Made by a program: the position numbers and the translations under genes. DNA of 64,000 nucleotides from Polyangiales bacterium (lineage in GTDB: Bacteria; Myxococcota_A; Polyangia; Polyangiales; Ga0077539). The notes beneath the pieces are model-generated. The model had not been told where the DNA came from. It was given only the letters and a program-made list of their open reading frames with translations, and did no database searches. The stretch spans positions 256,001 to 320,000 of the forward strand of contig JBGARZ010000001.1 in NCBI GenBank assembly GCA_044229975.1. The letters are read 5' to 3'. Below are positions 1-10,935 of this stretch, piece by piece (within the stretch, counting starts at the first letter, position 1; the number at the start of each line of letters is the position of its first letter).

Positions 1-275
1 TAGTCGGTCTCGCCAGGTGGGATGCGCTCACCGCCCGCGATCTTGGCCTCGGCGTCGAGGGCCGCGAGGATCTTCGCCTCGGCCGCCTCCCACTGCGCCG
101 CCGAGCGGTCTCGCGTCGGCCACGCGCGCAGCCTGCGGTCGTCGGCCCGGAGGGCCTGCGCGTACGCCTTGGCCGCGGGGTCGCGCGACAGCGCCTTGGA
201 CAGCCCGCGGTCGGACGCGGAGTCCGCCGGGCGGTCGAGCGAGGCAAGGATCTTCTCTCTAAGAACGTCGTCCAC
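1..275 (-). CDS. Putative anti-sigma factor, 5' part (runs off the window start)
   Basis: Read by hand: GTG at 275 preceded by GGAGG, open frame VDDVLREKILASLDRPADS...AQWEAAEAKILAALD to the edge. It overlaps the 3' end of the ECF sigma gene, the usual sigma/anti-sigma layout. Function is inferred from position only. Confidence 0.5.
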   Translation of the reverse strand, partial: MDDVLREKILASLDRPADSASDRGLSKALSRDPAAKAYAQALRADDRRLRAWPTRDRSAAQWEAAEAKILAALDAEAKIAGGERIPPGETD

Positions 276-855
276 GTTCGCCTCCGGCAGTCACTGCATG
301 GTCGTCGGGCGCTGCGGCGGGCAGGGCGTCCCGGAGCCGCCGTCGCGCTTCGTGGACTCGCCACGCGACGGTGCCTTCACTACAACCCAGGACCTCGGCG
401 ATTTCTTTGTAGGGGAGTGACTCCACGCAGGCGAGCACGAGGGTGGTGCGCAACGACTCGGACAAGCCGTCCACGGCTGCGGCGAGCGAGCGCCACGACT
501 CCGCCTGGTCGGCGCTCTCGGAGGGATCGCTCCCTTCGGCGATGGGCTCTGGCACCCGCGGGTCGTCGAGGTCGGCCACCACGCGGCGCTGACGGCGGCG
601 CTGGTTGAGCGAGACGTTGACGCAGATGCGGTAGAGCCACGTGAAGATGTCGGCGCGCCCGTCGAAGCGCTCGATGGCGCGGAAGGCGCGGAGGAAGGAC
701 TCCTGCACCACGTCGTCGGCGTCACCCGAAGAGCCCGTGAGGTGCAGCGCGAGGCGGTGCAGGCGCTTGTGGTGCTGGCGGACGATCTGGCCGAACGCCG
801 CGCGATCGCCGCCGCGGGCGCGCTCCAGCCACTGGGCTTCTTCGGGGGTGCTCAT
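259..855 (-). CDS. ECF-type RNA polymerase sigma-70 factor
   Basis: C-terminal 198 aa of ORF 259..1857: region 2 (ARGGDRAAFGQIV...DADDVVQESFLRAF...FTWLYRICVN) and region 4 HTH (LPYKEIAEVLGCSEGTVAWRVHEARRRLR). ATG at 855 chosen; the upstream part of the ORF is antisense to nadA. Confidence 0.92.
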   Translation of the reverse strand: MSTPEEAQWLERARGGDRAAFGQIVRQHHKRLHRLALHLTGSSGDADDVVQESFLRAFRAIERFDGRADIFTWLYRICVNVSLNQRRRQRRVVADLDDPRVPEPIAEGSDPSESADQAESWRSLAAAVDGLSESLRTTLVLACVESLPYKEIAEVLGCSEGTVAWRVHEARRRLRDALPAAAPDDHAVTAGGERGRRS

Positions 856-1023
856 TCGTCGTACAGACGCGGGGGTAGCGTCGAAGGCGCGCGGACGATA
901 GTCGAAGCACCCCACGCAAACAACAACGCTGCGCGGCGCCCGCGAGTGACTTCCCGGGGGTGTGGCACTAGGGTCCGAGCGCGCGGCCGGAACGCGATCC
1001 CGAGCGCGCAGGAGTGATGAACG

Positions 1024-1956
1024 ATGGCAGTGGTTGACGACCTCACGGCGGACATCCAGCGGCTGAAGCGCGAGCGCAACGCCGTGGTTCTGGCCCACTA
1101 CTACGTGGACGGCGAGGTGCAGGACGCGGCGGATTTCGTGGGCGACTCGCTGCAGCTCTCCCAGGCGGCGGCCAAGACCACGGCCGACGTGATCGTGTTC
1201 GCGGGCGTTCACTTCATGGCCGAGACCGCGAAGATCTTGAACCCCACCCGCAAGGTCGTGTTGCCCGACATGGACGCGGGCTGCTCGCTCGCCTCGGGTT
1301 GCCCGGCCGACCGCTTCGCGGACTTCACCGCGCGGCACCCCGACCACTACGTCATCTCGTACATCAACTGCTCGGCCGGGGTGAAGGCGCTCTCGGACTG
1401 CATCGTCACCAGCTCCAACGCCGTTCGCATCGTGCAGAGCGTGCCGGCCGACCGACCCATCCTCTTCGCGCCCGACCGCAACCTTGGGGCCTACGTCGCG
1501 AAGCAGACGGGCCGCGATATGCTGCTCTGGCGGGGGAGCTGCATCGTCCACGAGACCTTCTCGGAGAAGAAGCTCATCGGCATCAAGGTGCGGCACCCCG
1601 ACGCGAAGGTGGTCGCGCACCCGGAGTGCGAACCCCAGCTCCTCGCGCTCGCGGACTTCATCGGGTCGACCAGCGCGTTGCTCAAGTACACGAAGGAGTC
1701 GAGCGCGCGGGAGTTCATCGTGGTGACCGAGAGCGGCATCCTCCACCAGATGCGGCGCGACTCGCCCGACAAGGAGTTCATCCCCGCGCCGCCCGACGCC
1801 GACTGCGCCTGCAACGACTGCCCCTTCATGAAGAAGAACTCCCTCGAAGCCGTGCACCGCGCGCTCGACACCCTGGAGCCCGAGATCACCCTCCCCGAAG
1901 ACCTCCGGGTGAAGGCCCTGCGCCCCATCGAGCGCATGCTCGAACTCAGCGTCTGA
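1024..1956 (+). CDS. nadA: Quinolinate synthase A
   Basis: [50 protein letters not shown] and CPFMK motifs with three Fe-S cysteines; AGGAG RBS upstream. Confidence 0.97.
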   Translation: MAVVDDLTADIQRLKRERNAVVLAHYYVDGEVQDAADFVGDSLQLSQAAAKTTADVIVFAGVHFMAETAKILNPTRKVVLPDMDAGCSLASGCPADRFADFTARHPDHYVISYINCSAGVKALSDCIVTSSNAVRIVQSVPADRPILFAPDRNLGAYVAKQTGRDMLLWRGSCIVHETFSEKKLIGIKVRHPDAKVVAHPECEPQLLALADFIGSTSALLKYTKESSAREFIVVTESGILHQMRRDSPDKEFIPAPPDADCACNDCPFMKKNSLEAVHRALDTLEPEITLPEDLRVKALRPIERMLELSV

Positions 1957-1965
1957 GCGCGTCTC

Positions 1966-4473
1966 TCAGCGACACGTCGAGTCGTCGAGGCGGATGCCAC
2001 CCGGGCAGATGATCTGTCCGAGGTTTCGCACGCAGCACGCCGGGCTCACCATCCGAACGGGACGACAGCACACCGCCGTGTCCCCACCGACGACCGTCGA
2101 GCAGACGTTGTTGCAGCTCCCGCAGTGCGTCGTGTCGAAGAGCGACTGCTCGCACCCGTTGCTCACGTCGTTGTCGCAGTCGGCCCAGTTGGTGTCGCAG
2201 GTGAGCATGCACCGCCCCTCGGTGCAGGCCGAGGCCGTGAGGTGGAGGCGCAGCGTGCTCGCCGCCGGGCACACCTGATTGCACCCGCCGCAGTGGGCCA
2301 TGCTGGTCTCAAACGCCGCCTCGCATCCGTTCGAGCTGTTGCCGTCGCAGTCGCCGTAGGTGCGCTGGCAGAGGTACCCGCAGGTGCCGTTGTCGCAGTA
2401 GCCCGCCGCGTTGGGAGGATTCTCGCAGCTCACCCGGCACTCGCCGCAGTGGGTGCTGTCGGTCGGGAGATGGACCTCGCAGCCGTTGGCGGGGCTGTTG
2501 TCGCAGTCCGCGTAGTTGTCCTCGCAGCGTCGCACGCAGGTCCCGCTCGCGCACCCCGCGGTCTGGTGGGCGCCCGCGGTGCACACGTTGCCGCACGCGC
2601 GGCAGTGGTTGACGTTGGTGTTGAGGTCGACGCAGGCGCCCGCGCACACCGTCTGCCCCGGCGGGCACGAGAGCACGCAGGTTCCGTTGCTGCAGATGTT
2701 GCCCGCCGCACACGCGCGCCCGCACGCGCCGCAGTGGGCGCCGCTCGACCGCGTGTCGGTCTCGCAGCCGTTGGCGGGGTTGTTGTCGCAGTTGCCGTAG
2801 TTCGTCGCGCACACCCCGAGCCCGCACGCTCCGCCCGTGCACGTCGCCGTCGCGTTGGCGAAGGAGCACGCCTGCCCGCACCCGCCGCAGTGCGAGGTGT
2901 TCGCGCGGGTGTCGGTCTCGCACCCGTTGCCCGCCACGCCGTCGCAGTTGGCGTATCCCGCGGAGCACGCCCCGAGCACGCACGCCCCGCCCGCGCAGGA
3001 CGACGCGGCGTTGGCGAAGGCGCAATAACTCCCGCAGCGCCCACAGTTGAGCGGGTCGGTGTTGACGTTGACCTCGCAGCCGTTGGGCCCGTTGTCGTCG
3101 CAGTCGCGGAAGCCCGGCGCGCAGCTCGCGATGCCGCAGCGCCCCGCAGAACACACGGGCACCACGTTGGGCGCCGCGCACGCCTGGCCGCACCCGCCGC
3201 AGTGGCTGAGGCTGGTGCGTGAGTCGACCTCGCAGCCGTTGGCCACCAGCCCGTCGCAGTCGAGGAAGCCCTCGTTGCACGAGTCGATGTGACACGACCC
3301 GCCGCGACAAAACGGCGTCCCGTTGGGAGCGGCGCACACGTTGCCGCACGCCCCGCAGTTCATCAGGTCGTTGGCGACGCGGCGCTCACAGCCGTTGGCC
3401 GCCACGGCGTCGCAGTCGAAGAAGCCGGGGAGGCATGCGTCGAGTCGGCAGGTCCCGCTCTCGCAAACTGCCAGCGCGTTGGCGAAGGCGCAGGTGCGGC
3501 CGCACGCGCCGCAGTTGGTGACGCTGGTGTTCGTCGAGGTCTCGCACGCCGGGTCGCCGGGGACGCACTCGGCCGTGCCGGGGAGACAGGCCGACGCCAC
3601 GCACACGCTCGCCTCACACGCCTGCATCGTCCCGCACGCGCGGTTGCAGGCGCCGCAGTGGCCGCGGTCGCGGGCGAGGTCGACCTCGCAGCCGTTGGCC
3701 GCCATGCCGTCGCAGTTGGCGAAGCCCGGGTTGCATGTGCCGAGGGTGCAGGCTCCGGCTTCGCAGCGGCCCGCCGCGCGGTTGGGCGCGCACGCCTGCC
3801 CGCAGGCGCCGCAGTGGGCCGCCGACGTACGCGTGTCGGTCTCACAGCCGTTGGTGGGGTTGTTGTCGCAGTCGTCGAAGCCGACCTGACAGCTCACCTG
3901 ACAAGCCCCCGCCCGGCAGCGGCTCAAGGTGTTGACGCCGGTGGGCGCGCAGGCCCGACCGCACGCGCCGCAGTTCAGCGAGTCCTCCTGCAGGTTGACG
4001 CACCGGCTGTCGCAGACCGCCGCCGAGGCCGGGCAGTCGGCCACGCACGATCCGCCGACGCACCTCTGACCATCCGCGCACGCGGCGCCGCACGACCCGC
4101 AATGGCGGCCGCTGGTCTGGAGGTCGACGCAGGCGTTGCCGCACGCGAAGAGCGCCCCCGGGCAGCGCGCGCAGTAGCCCTCCGAGCACACCAGCCCCGC
4201 CGTGCAGAACGCCCCGCGCATGGCATCCGCGCAGCAACGATCGCCGGGCTCGCGGCAACCCGGAACGGGAACGTCGACCGGCGGCGTGTCCGTCGGCACA
4301 TCGTCGGGCGCGTCCATCGCAGGGCCCGCGTCGGCGCCCTGATCGACGGCGACGCCGCGGTCGGTCGGCACGTCGGCCGGGCGCGTCTGGAGCTCGAAGC
4401 CCGTGGTGCACCCCGCGACGAGCAGCGACACCCACGCGATGACCCAGAGACCGACCTGCACGTCACGACGCAT
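1966..4473 (-). CDS. Cys-rich repeat lipoprotein (myxobacterial DCDxxxxNGCE / HCGxCG repeats)
   Basis: Lipobox LVAGC, Asp/Pro-rich linker, ten NGCE-containing repeats plus variants. ATG at 4473 has a GGAGG RBS; the alternative TTG is at 4491. Confidence 0.85.
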   Translation of the reverse strand: MRRDVQVGLWVIAWVSLLVAGCTTGFELQTRPADVPTDRGVAVDQGADAGPAMDAPDDVPTDTPPVDVPVPGCREPGDRCCADAMRGAFCTAGLVCSEGYCARCPGALFACGNACVDLQTSGRHCGSCGAACADGQRCVGGSCVADCPASAAVCDSRCVNLQEDSLNCGACGRACAPTGVNTLSRCRAGACQVSCQVGFDDCDNNPTNGCETDTRTSAAHCGACGQACAPNRAAGRCEAGACTLGTCNPGFANCDGMAANGCEVDLARDRGHCGACNRACGTMQACEASVCVASACLPGTAECVPGDPACETSTNTSVTNCGACGRTCAFANALAVCESGTCRLDACLPGFFDCDAVAANGCERRVANDLMNCGACGNVCAAPNGTPFCRGGSCHIDSCNEGFLDCDGLVANGCEVDSRTSLSHCGGCGQACAAPNVVPVCSAGRCGIASCAPGFRDCDDNGPNGCEVNVNTDPLNCGRCGSYCAFANAASSCAGGACVLGACSAGYANCDGVAGNGCETDTRANTSHCGGCGQACSFANATATCTGGACGLGVCATNYGNCDNNPANGCETDTRSSGAHCGACGRACAAGNICSNGTCVLSCPPGQTVCAGACVDLNTNVNHCRACGNVCTAGAHQTAGCASGTCVRRCEDNYADCDNSPANGCEVHLPTDSTHCGECRVSCENPPNAAGYCDNGTCGYLCQRTYGDCDGNSSNGCEAAFETSMAHCGGCNQVCPAASTLRLHLTASACTEGRCMLTCDTNWADCDNDVSNGCEQSLFDTTHCGSCNNVCSTVVGGDTAVCCRPVRMVSPACCVRNLGQIICPGGIRLDDSTCR

Positions 4474-4487
4474 CGCCAGCCTCCTCG

Positions 4488-5594
4488 TCAAAACCGCAGC
4501 CCGATGCCGCCGGGCCCCGCGGCGACCTCGACGGAGGTCCGGCCACCACCGAAGCGCGTCTGCGTGACGAGCACGACCGACGCCACGCCCAGCGCGGCAG
4601 CTACGCCGAAGGCCACGTTGGTGATCGTTCGCAGGCTCTCGCCGCGCGCCGCGAGGTCACGATCGTCCGCGCTGTCGGCATAGCGTGGGGCGGCGTCGAA
4701 GTCCTGCCCCGCCGACGCCGTGAGCCCGCCGAAGACCCCGCCCAGCACCAGGGCCACCCCGGTGCCCGCCGCCGCCGCGATGAACCACCCCGGCGCCACC
4801 CCCGTCGGCCGCGCCATGTGCGCCGTGAGCACCCGCGACCGCTGCGGCTCGATGAGCACCTCGGCCCGCCACGACGCGAAGCCCGGCGCGCTCAGCTCGA
4901 CCCGATGGGTCCGCACCGCGAGCTGCGCGGGCGACCGCACCACCGCCCCGTCGACCCGCAGCACCGCGCCCGCTGGGGCGTTGCGCAGCACGAGGGTTCC
5001 CGTCGTCCCGGCGGGCGGACTCGCCACTCCAGGGAGCATCGCGAGCACCACGTCGCGCGTCTCGCCCGACGCGATGATGACGGCCTCCGAGCGCGTCGCG
5101 AAGCCCGCTCGCTGCGCCACGACGACGTGCCGGCCGGGCCCTACCGCGAGCTCCGCCGCGAGGTGCGCGGGCGTCACGGCTTCGCCGTCGAGCGTCACCG
5201 CCGCGTCGGCCGGCGTCACGCGCACCCGCAGGTGGGCGATGAAGCCCCGCAGCGTCGTGAGCACGCGAGTCACCTCCTGGCGACGCTCGGCGGAGAGGTC
5301 GCTCGCGAGCCGGAGGTACTCCTCGATGGCCGTCGCCGCCTCGGGGTAGCGCGCCATCGCCTGGTAGGCGCGGCCGATGTTGAAGAGCAGGTCGACGCGC
5401 CCCGACAGCGCCAGCGACCGCCGAAACTCCGCCACCGCCCCCTCGTAGTTGCGCGCCGTGTAGAGCGCCACGCCGCGCTCGTAGCGCACCTCCGCCTCGC
5501 TACGCTCCTGCGCGCCCGCCGTGGCCCCCGCGGCGGTGACGATGGTTGCAACGAAGATGGCGCCCACGCGCCCGCCACGAGTCCGACCCTTCAC
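4488..5594 (-). CDS. TPR + PEGA domain secreted protein
   Basis: Signal peptide, TPR helices (YERGVALY...YEGAVAEF...LLFNIGRAYQ), two PEGA-like beta domains (VTLDG...VGPGRHVV; LRVDG...HRVELSAPGF), hydrophobic C-terminus ending GLRF. Confidence 0.85.
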   Translation of the reverse strand: MKGRTRGGRVGAIFVATIVTAAGATAGAQERSEAEVRYERGVALYTARNYEGAVAEFRRSLALSGRVDLLFNIGRAYQAMARYPEAATAIEEYLRLASDLSAERRQEVTRVLTTLRGFIAHLRVRVTPADAAVTLDGEAVTPAHLAAELAVGPGRHVVVAQRAGFATRSEAVIIASGETRDVVLAMLPGVASPPAGTTGTLVLRNAPAGAVLRVDGAVVRSPAQLAVRTHRVELSAPGFASWRAEVLIEPQRSRVLTAHMARPTGVAPGWFIAAAAGTGVALVLGGVFGGLTASAGQDFDAAPRYADSADDRDLAARGESLRTITNVAFGVAAALGVASVVLVTQTRFGGGRTSVEVAAGPGGIGLRF

Positions 5595-5619
5595 CCCGTC
5601 ACTAAACCACAGCGGCGCC

Positions 5620-6186
5620 TCAACGGCGACGCGTCACCGCGGCCCGCGTCACTGCCACGTCGGGGTTGGCCAGGATCTCCGTCGCCACCACGAACGCATC
5701 CGTCGCAGCCTCTTCGCCCGCCGCCACCGCGGCCTCGACGTCTTCGAGCGAGCCCGTGAACACCACCGTCCCCTTGCCGCCGATGCCACGGCCAAGGTGC
5801 AGGTCGACGAGGCTCACGGCCGCACACTTCAACGCGGCATCCGCCGCCCGCACCGCCGAGGAGAGGGACGACAGCTCGATGACCCCGATGGCGTCGTCGG
5901 GCGCGCCCTGACGGACACCGCCGCCCGCGGCGACGGCCGCCATCAGCGCGGGGTGCGCGTACGGCAACAGCACATGGTCGACGCGGTGACCGCCCGTCGC
6001 TTCGAGGCCCGCCACCAGCGCCTCGTCGAGCTCGGCTTCGCCGCCGTGGAGGGCGATCCAGTACTTGCCCGGGGTGATGGGCTCGGCGTGGAGCACCCCG
6101 ACCACCGCGCGCTTGGCCATCGCGTCGAGGGCCACGTAGCCGCGCGCGATGGACCCCAACTCCAGCAGCAGCAGCGCAGGGCCCAT
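5620..6186 (-). CDS. Tandem BMC-domain shell protein (PduT-like BMC-T)
   Basis: Two BMC repeats: LELGSIARGYVALDAMAK...PGKY...G and AIGVIE...AVRAADAALK...LGRGIGGKG...TGSLEDVEAAV...NP. Confidence 0.85.
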   Translation of the reverse strand: MGPALLLLELGSIARGYVALDAMAKRAVVGVLHAEPITPGKYWIALHGGEAELDEALVAGLEATGGHRVDHVLLPYAHPALMAAVAAGGGVRQGAPDDAIGVIELSSLSSAVRAADAALKCAAVSLVDLHLGRGIGGKGTVVFTGSLEDVEAAVAAGEEAATDAFVVATEILANPDVAVTRAAVTRRR

Positions 6187-6273
6187 CGAGTGACAGCGGA
6201 GGGACTACCACCCCACGCGCGAGCGGGACAAGCGTTGCCCGCGCGGTGGTACCGTCGGCGCCGCCGTCGCCCG

Positions 6274-6771
6274 ATGCACACCCGCTGCCCGCGCTGCCAG
6301 TTCGACTTCGACGCCGCCGCCCCATGGGTGCACTGCCCCCGCTGCGCGCATCCCTTCGCCGCGACGGCCCTATCCCCCCCCGGCGTCATCGGAACGCAGG
6401 CCCTCGACCCCGCGGTGCTCGCCAACGTGCAACGCGCCTCGGCCACTCCGCAGCCCGCGCCCTACGCCCAGCCCAACGCGTGGCAGCCGCCGCGCCCCGC
6501 GACGCCGTCCTTCGTCCCCGACGAAGACCTGGCGGGCCGCGCCGTCGTCTCCACGGTGCTGTCGATGGTGAGCCTCGTCGGTGGGTGCAACCCCGTCGGT
6601 CTCGTCGGCGTCACGCTCGGGCTCATGGCCTACGCCGCCGCCAACGATCAGCGCATCGCGCTCGCCCAGTCGCGCGGCCGGACGGCCCGCCGCGTCGCGT
6701 GGGTGTCGATGCTCCTCACGGTCATCGTCTGGGTCGTGGTGGTGCTGTCGCTCTTCTACGAGTTTGCGTAG
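6274..6771 (+). CDS. Zinc-ribbon + Pro-rich linker + two-TM (CD225/DUF4190-like) membrane protein
   Basis: ATG at 6274 in ORF 5521..6771: CPRC...CPRC, Pro/Gln linker, then two hydrophobic segments separated by AQSRGRTARR. Confidence 0.7.
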   Translation: MHTRCPRCQFDFDAAAPWVHCPRCAHPFAATALSPPGVIGTQALDPAVLANVQRASATPQPAPYAQPNAWQPPRPATPSFVPDEDLAGRAVVSTVLSMVSLVGGCNPVGLVGVTLGLMAYAAANDQRIALAQSRGRTARRVAWVSMLLTVIVWVVVVLSLFYEFA

Positions 6772-8543
6772 TCGTCGGCCGCCGCGGGCAGGTCGACCCA
6801 GAAGCGCGAACCCCGACCCAGCGTGCTCTCCACACCTGCGGCGCCGCCCATCGCTTCGGCCAGGTGCTTGACGATGGCGAGCCCGAGCCCCGTCCCGCCC
6901 ACCTGCCGCGAGCGCCCCGCGTCCACCCGGTAGAAGCGCTCGAACAACCGCGGCAGGTGCCGCGCCTCGATGCCCGCCCCGTTGTCCTCCACCACCATGC
7001 GAACCACCTCGCCGCGGCGCTCGGCGCGCACCTTCACCCGCGACCCCTCCGGCGAATACTTCACGGCGTTTTCGAGGAGGTTGGTGAGCACGTGTTCGAG
7101 CGCCGTCCGGTCGGCCATCACCGTCAGCGCGCCGTCGACCTCGACGACCACCGTGGCGCGGCGCGAGCGTGCGGCGATGGCGAGCAGGTCGCGCGCACGC
7201 TCGACCTCGGCGACGAGCGGAAGGGGCTTGAGGTCGATGCGCAGCTCGCGGGCCTCGATGCGCGACAGCTCCAACAGGTCTTCGACGAGGCGGTGCAGGC
7301 GCTCGGCGTGGCGGTCGATCATCGTGGCGAACTCCAGCGCCGTCTCCGCCTTCTGCGCGCCGCCCAGGATGAGCGTCTCGGCCGCACCACGGATGGCGGC
7401 GACGGGCGTTCGCAGCTCGTGCGAGACGTTGGCGACGAAGTCCCTTCTCACCGTCTCCAGTCGTCGCAGCTCGGTGATGTCCGAGAGCACCGCGACCGCT
7501 CCCGCACCGGCCTGCTCGACGGGCGCCACGCGGGCCATCACCCGCCGCGGCCGAACGCCCTCGATGGAGAGCTCCCGCGTGGTGGGCTCACCGGCCTTGC
7601 GCGCCGCCGCGAAGAGCTCGTGCAGCTCGGCGTTGCGCACCACCTCGATGGGCTCCCTGCCCTCCACCTCGCCGCCCAGCAGGAACATCTCCCGCAACGC
7701 CCGGTTGGCCAGCACGAGCTGACCGCGCGCGTCGGTGACGAGCACGCCCTCGGCCATCGATTCGAGGATGGCGCCGAGGCGGTCGCGCTCGCGTTCGAGC
7801 TTGGTGAGGGTGCTGGCGAGGTTGTCGGCGAGGTTGTCGAGCGCCCCGGCGAGCGCGCCCACGTCGTCGTCGTCGTCGATGCGGGTGCGCACCGAGAGGT
7901 CGAGGGTCATGGCGCGGGCCGTCTCGGTGAGGCGGCGCAGCGGGCGCGCGGCGAGGGCGACGGCGAGCCAGGACATGCCCGCGGCGACGAGCAGGCCGAG
8001 GCCACCACCGATGGCGAGAACACGCTGGGCGGCGGCGCGGGTGGTGCGTTCGAGGTCGGACGAGACGGCGACGCGGAGCACCCACGGACCACCGGGACCT
8101 TCGATGCGGGTGGCAGCGTAGGTGAGGTCGCGGTGGATGGTTCCGCTCTGGCGCTGGGCGACGCCGCGGCCGGTGCGGCGGGCGGCGACGACCTCGGGGC
8201 GGGCGCCGTGGTTCTCCAGGCGATCGAGGCGAAAGGGAGGGACGGCGGAGTCGGCGACGACGTGGCCGTCGGGCGCGATGAGGGTGACGCGGTCGTGGAC
8301 GCGCGCGGCGAGCTCGCGCACCAGCGGATCAGCCGTGGTGGTGTCCCAGGCGTGGACCGCGCTCACGGCCGCGGCGATGAGCGACGACTCGGTGAGGCGC
8401 TGGTCGCGGGCGCGGGCGCGGAGGTTCTGGTCGAGGGCGCTGGAGACGAACCACTGGGCGAGCAGGAGCCCCACCGCGACGAGTGCGATGGAGATGAACA
8501 GGAGCCGCGCGCGGAGGCCCAGGGTGGTGCTGCGCCGGGGCAT
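6756..8543 (-). CDS. phoR: Phosphate regulon sensor histidine kinase
   Basis: Two TM segments with an extracytoplasmic domain (ENHGARPEV), HAMP, PAS, H-box [14 protein letters not shown]-box [24 protein letters not shown]...GGTGLGL; adjacent to phoB, pst and phoU. Confidence 0.92.
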   Translation of the reverse strand: MPRRSTTLGLRARLLFISIALVAVGLLLAQWFVSSALDQNLRARARDQRLTESSLIAAAVSAVHAWDTTTADPLVRELAARVHDRVTLIAPDGHVVADSAVPPFRLDRLENHGARPEVVAARRTGRGVAQRQSGTIHRDLTYAATRIEGPGGPWVLRVAVSSDLERTTRAAAQRVLAIGGGLGLLVAAGMSWLAVALAARPLRRLTETARAMTLDLSVRTRIDDDDDVGALAGALDNLADNLASTLTKLERERDRLGAILESMAEGVLVTDARGQLVLANRALREMFLLGGEVEGREPIEVVRNAELHELFAAARKAGEPTTRELSIEGVRPRRVMARVAPVEQAGAGAVAVLSDITELRRLETVRRDFVANVSHELRTPVAAIRGAAETLILGGAQKAETALEFATMIDRHAERLHRLVEDLLELSRIEARELRIDLKPLPLVAEVERARDLLAIAARSRRATVVVEVDGALTVMADRTALEHVLTNLLENAVKYSPEGSRVKVRAERRGEVVRMVVEDNGAGIEARHLPRLFERFYRVDAGRSRQVGGTGLGLAIVKHLAEAMGGAAGVESTLGRGSRFWVDLPAAADDYANS

Positions 8544-8554
8544 CGGGCGGGCGA

Positions 8555-9262
<708 letters not shown>

Positions 9263-9286
9263 GGCGGCAACGACTATCCCACGACG

Positions 9287-9304
9287 GTTACAGTCTCGAA
9301 ACAG
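9287..9304 (-). promoter_or_regulatory. Candidate Pho box upstream of phoB
   Basis: Minus strand reads CTGTTTC-GAGA-CTGTAAC, two 7-mers at 11-nt period resembling CTGTCAT-N4-CTGT(C/A)A(C/T), followed by a GATAGT -10-like hexamer. Confidence 0.55.
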
Positions 9305-9363
9305 GCCCGCGGAGGGAGAGGGGAGTTTCGACGCTCGCCCGACCAGGCGCGCCACCACCGACA

Positions 9364-9381
9364 GTTCACCAACCCGTCACC
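9364..9381 (+). promoter_or_regulatory. Candidate Pho box upstream of pstB
   Basis: GTTCACC-AACC-CGTCACC direct repeat with 11-nt period; a further CTGTCAC half-site at 9409-9415. Confidence 0.45.
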
Positions 9382-9427
9382 CGCCGCCCGTTGCGCGCGC
9401 CGCGCAAGCTGTCACCGTGCCCTCTCC

Positions 9428-10239
9428 GTGGCGGGCTCCCTCCCCGACTCCCGCGTCCTCCCCTTCCCCGCGCCCGACGCCGCGGTCGCGCCCAAGCTCG
9501 CCGTCCGCGGCCTGAGCTGCTTCTACGACGATCGCCAGGTGCTCTTCGACGTCGACCTCGACCTCGCACCCGCCCGCGTCACCGCCCTCATCGGCGCGTC
9601 GGGCTGCGGCAAGAGCACGCTGCTGCGCGCCCTCAACCGCCTTGACGAGATGCGCCCCGGCACCCGCACCACCGGCACCGTCACGCTCGACGGCGAGGAC
9701 ATCCACCGCCCCGACACCGACCTGCGCCGCCTGCGCCGCCGCGTCGGGATGGTCTTCTCGCAGCCGCGTGTCTTCCCGGGGTCCATCTTCGACAACGTCG
9801 CCTATGGTCTGCGCGCCGCCGGCCTCGACGAGCGCCGCGCCCTCGCTGATCGCGTCGAGACCGCCCTGCGCCGCGCCGCCCTCTGGGACGACCTCCGCGA
9901 CCGCCTTGCCGCCGACGCGCGCACCCTCGGACCCGGTGCCGCGCAGCAGCTCTGCATCGCCCGCGCGCTTGCCGTCGGCCCCGAGGCGCTGCTCCTCGAC
10001 GACCCCACCGGCGCCCTCGACCCCATCGCCACCGCCCGCATCGAAGAACTCCTCGCCGAGCTCCGCGAGGCCCTCACCCTCGTCGTCGTCACGCACGCCC
10101 CGCAGCAGGCCGCCCGCGTCTCGCAGCGCACCGCCCTCTTCCACGAGGGTCGCCTGGTTGAGGTCGGCGACACCCGCGTGATCTTCACCCGACCCCGCGA
10201 GCGGCTCACCCAGGACTACCTCACCGGGCGCTACGGCTG

Positions 10240-10240
<1 letters not shown>
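9428..10240 (+). CDS. pstB: Phosphate ABC transporter ATP-binding protein (degenerate motifs)
   Basis: C-terminal part of ORF 8612..10240: VTALIGASGCGKSTLLRALNR, LRRRVGMVF, SIFDNVAYG, LCIARALAV, ALDPIATARIEEL, VTH..QQAARVS, TQDYLTGRYG. The GTG start is approximate. Confidence 0.88.

Positions 10241-10931
<691 letters not shown>

Positions 10932-10935
<4 letters not shown>

Noticed and set aside
962..980. TGGCAC upstream of nadA as a sigma54 promoter
   Set aside because: No GC at the required GG-N10-GC position.
856..1857. N-terminal 334 aa of the 532-aa minus-strand ORF 259..1857
   Set aside because: Antisense shadow of nadA; only the part from ATG 855 is the sigma factor.
1966..4491. Regularly spaced DNA repeats as a CRISPR array
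   Set aside because: They are degenerate in-frame codon repeats of a Cys-rich protein, with no constant repeat/unique spacer pattern and no cas genes.
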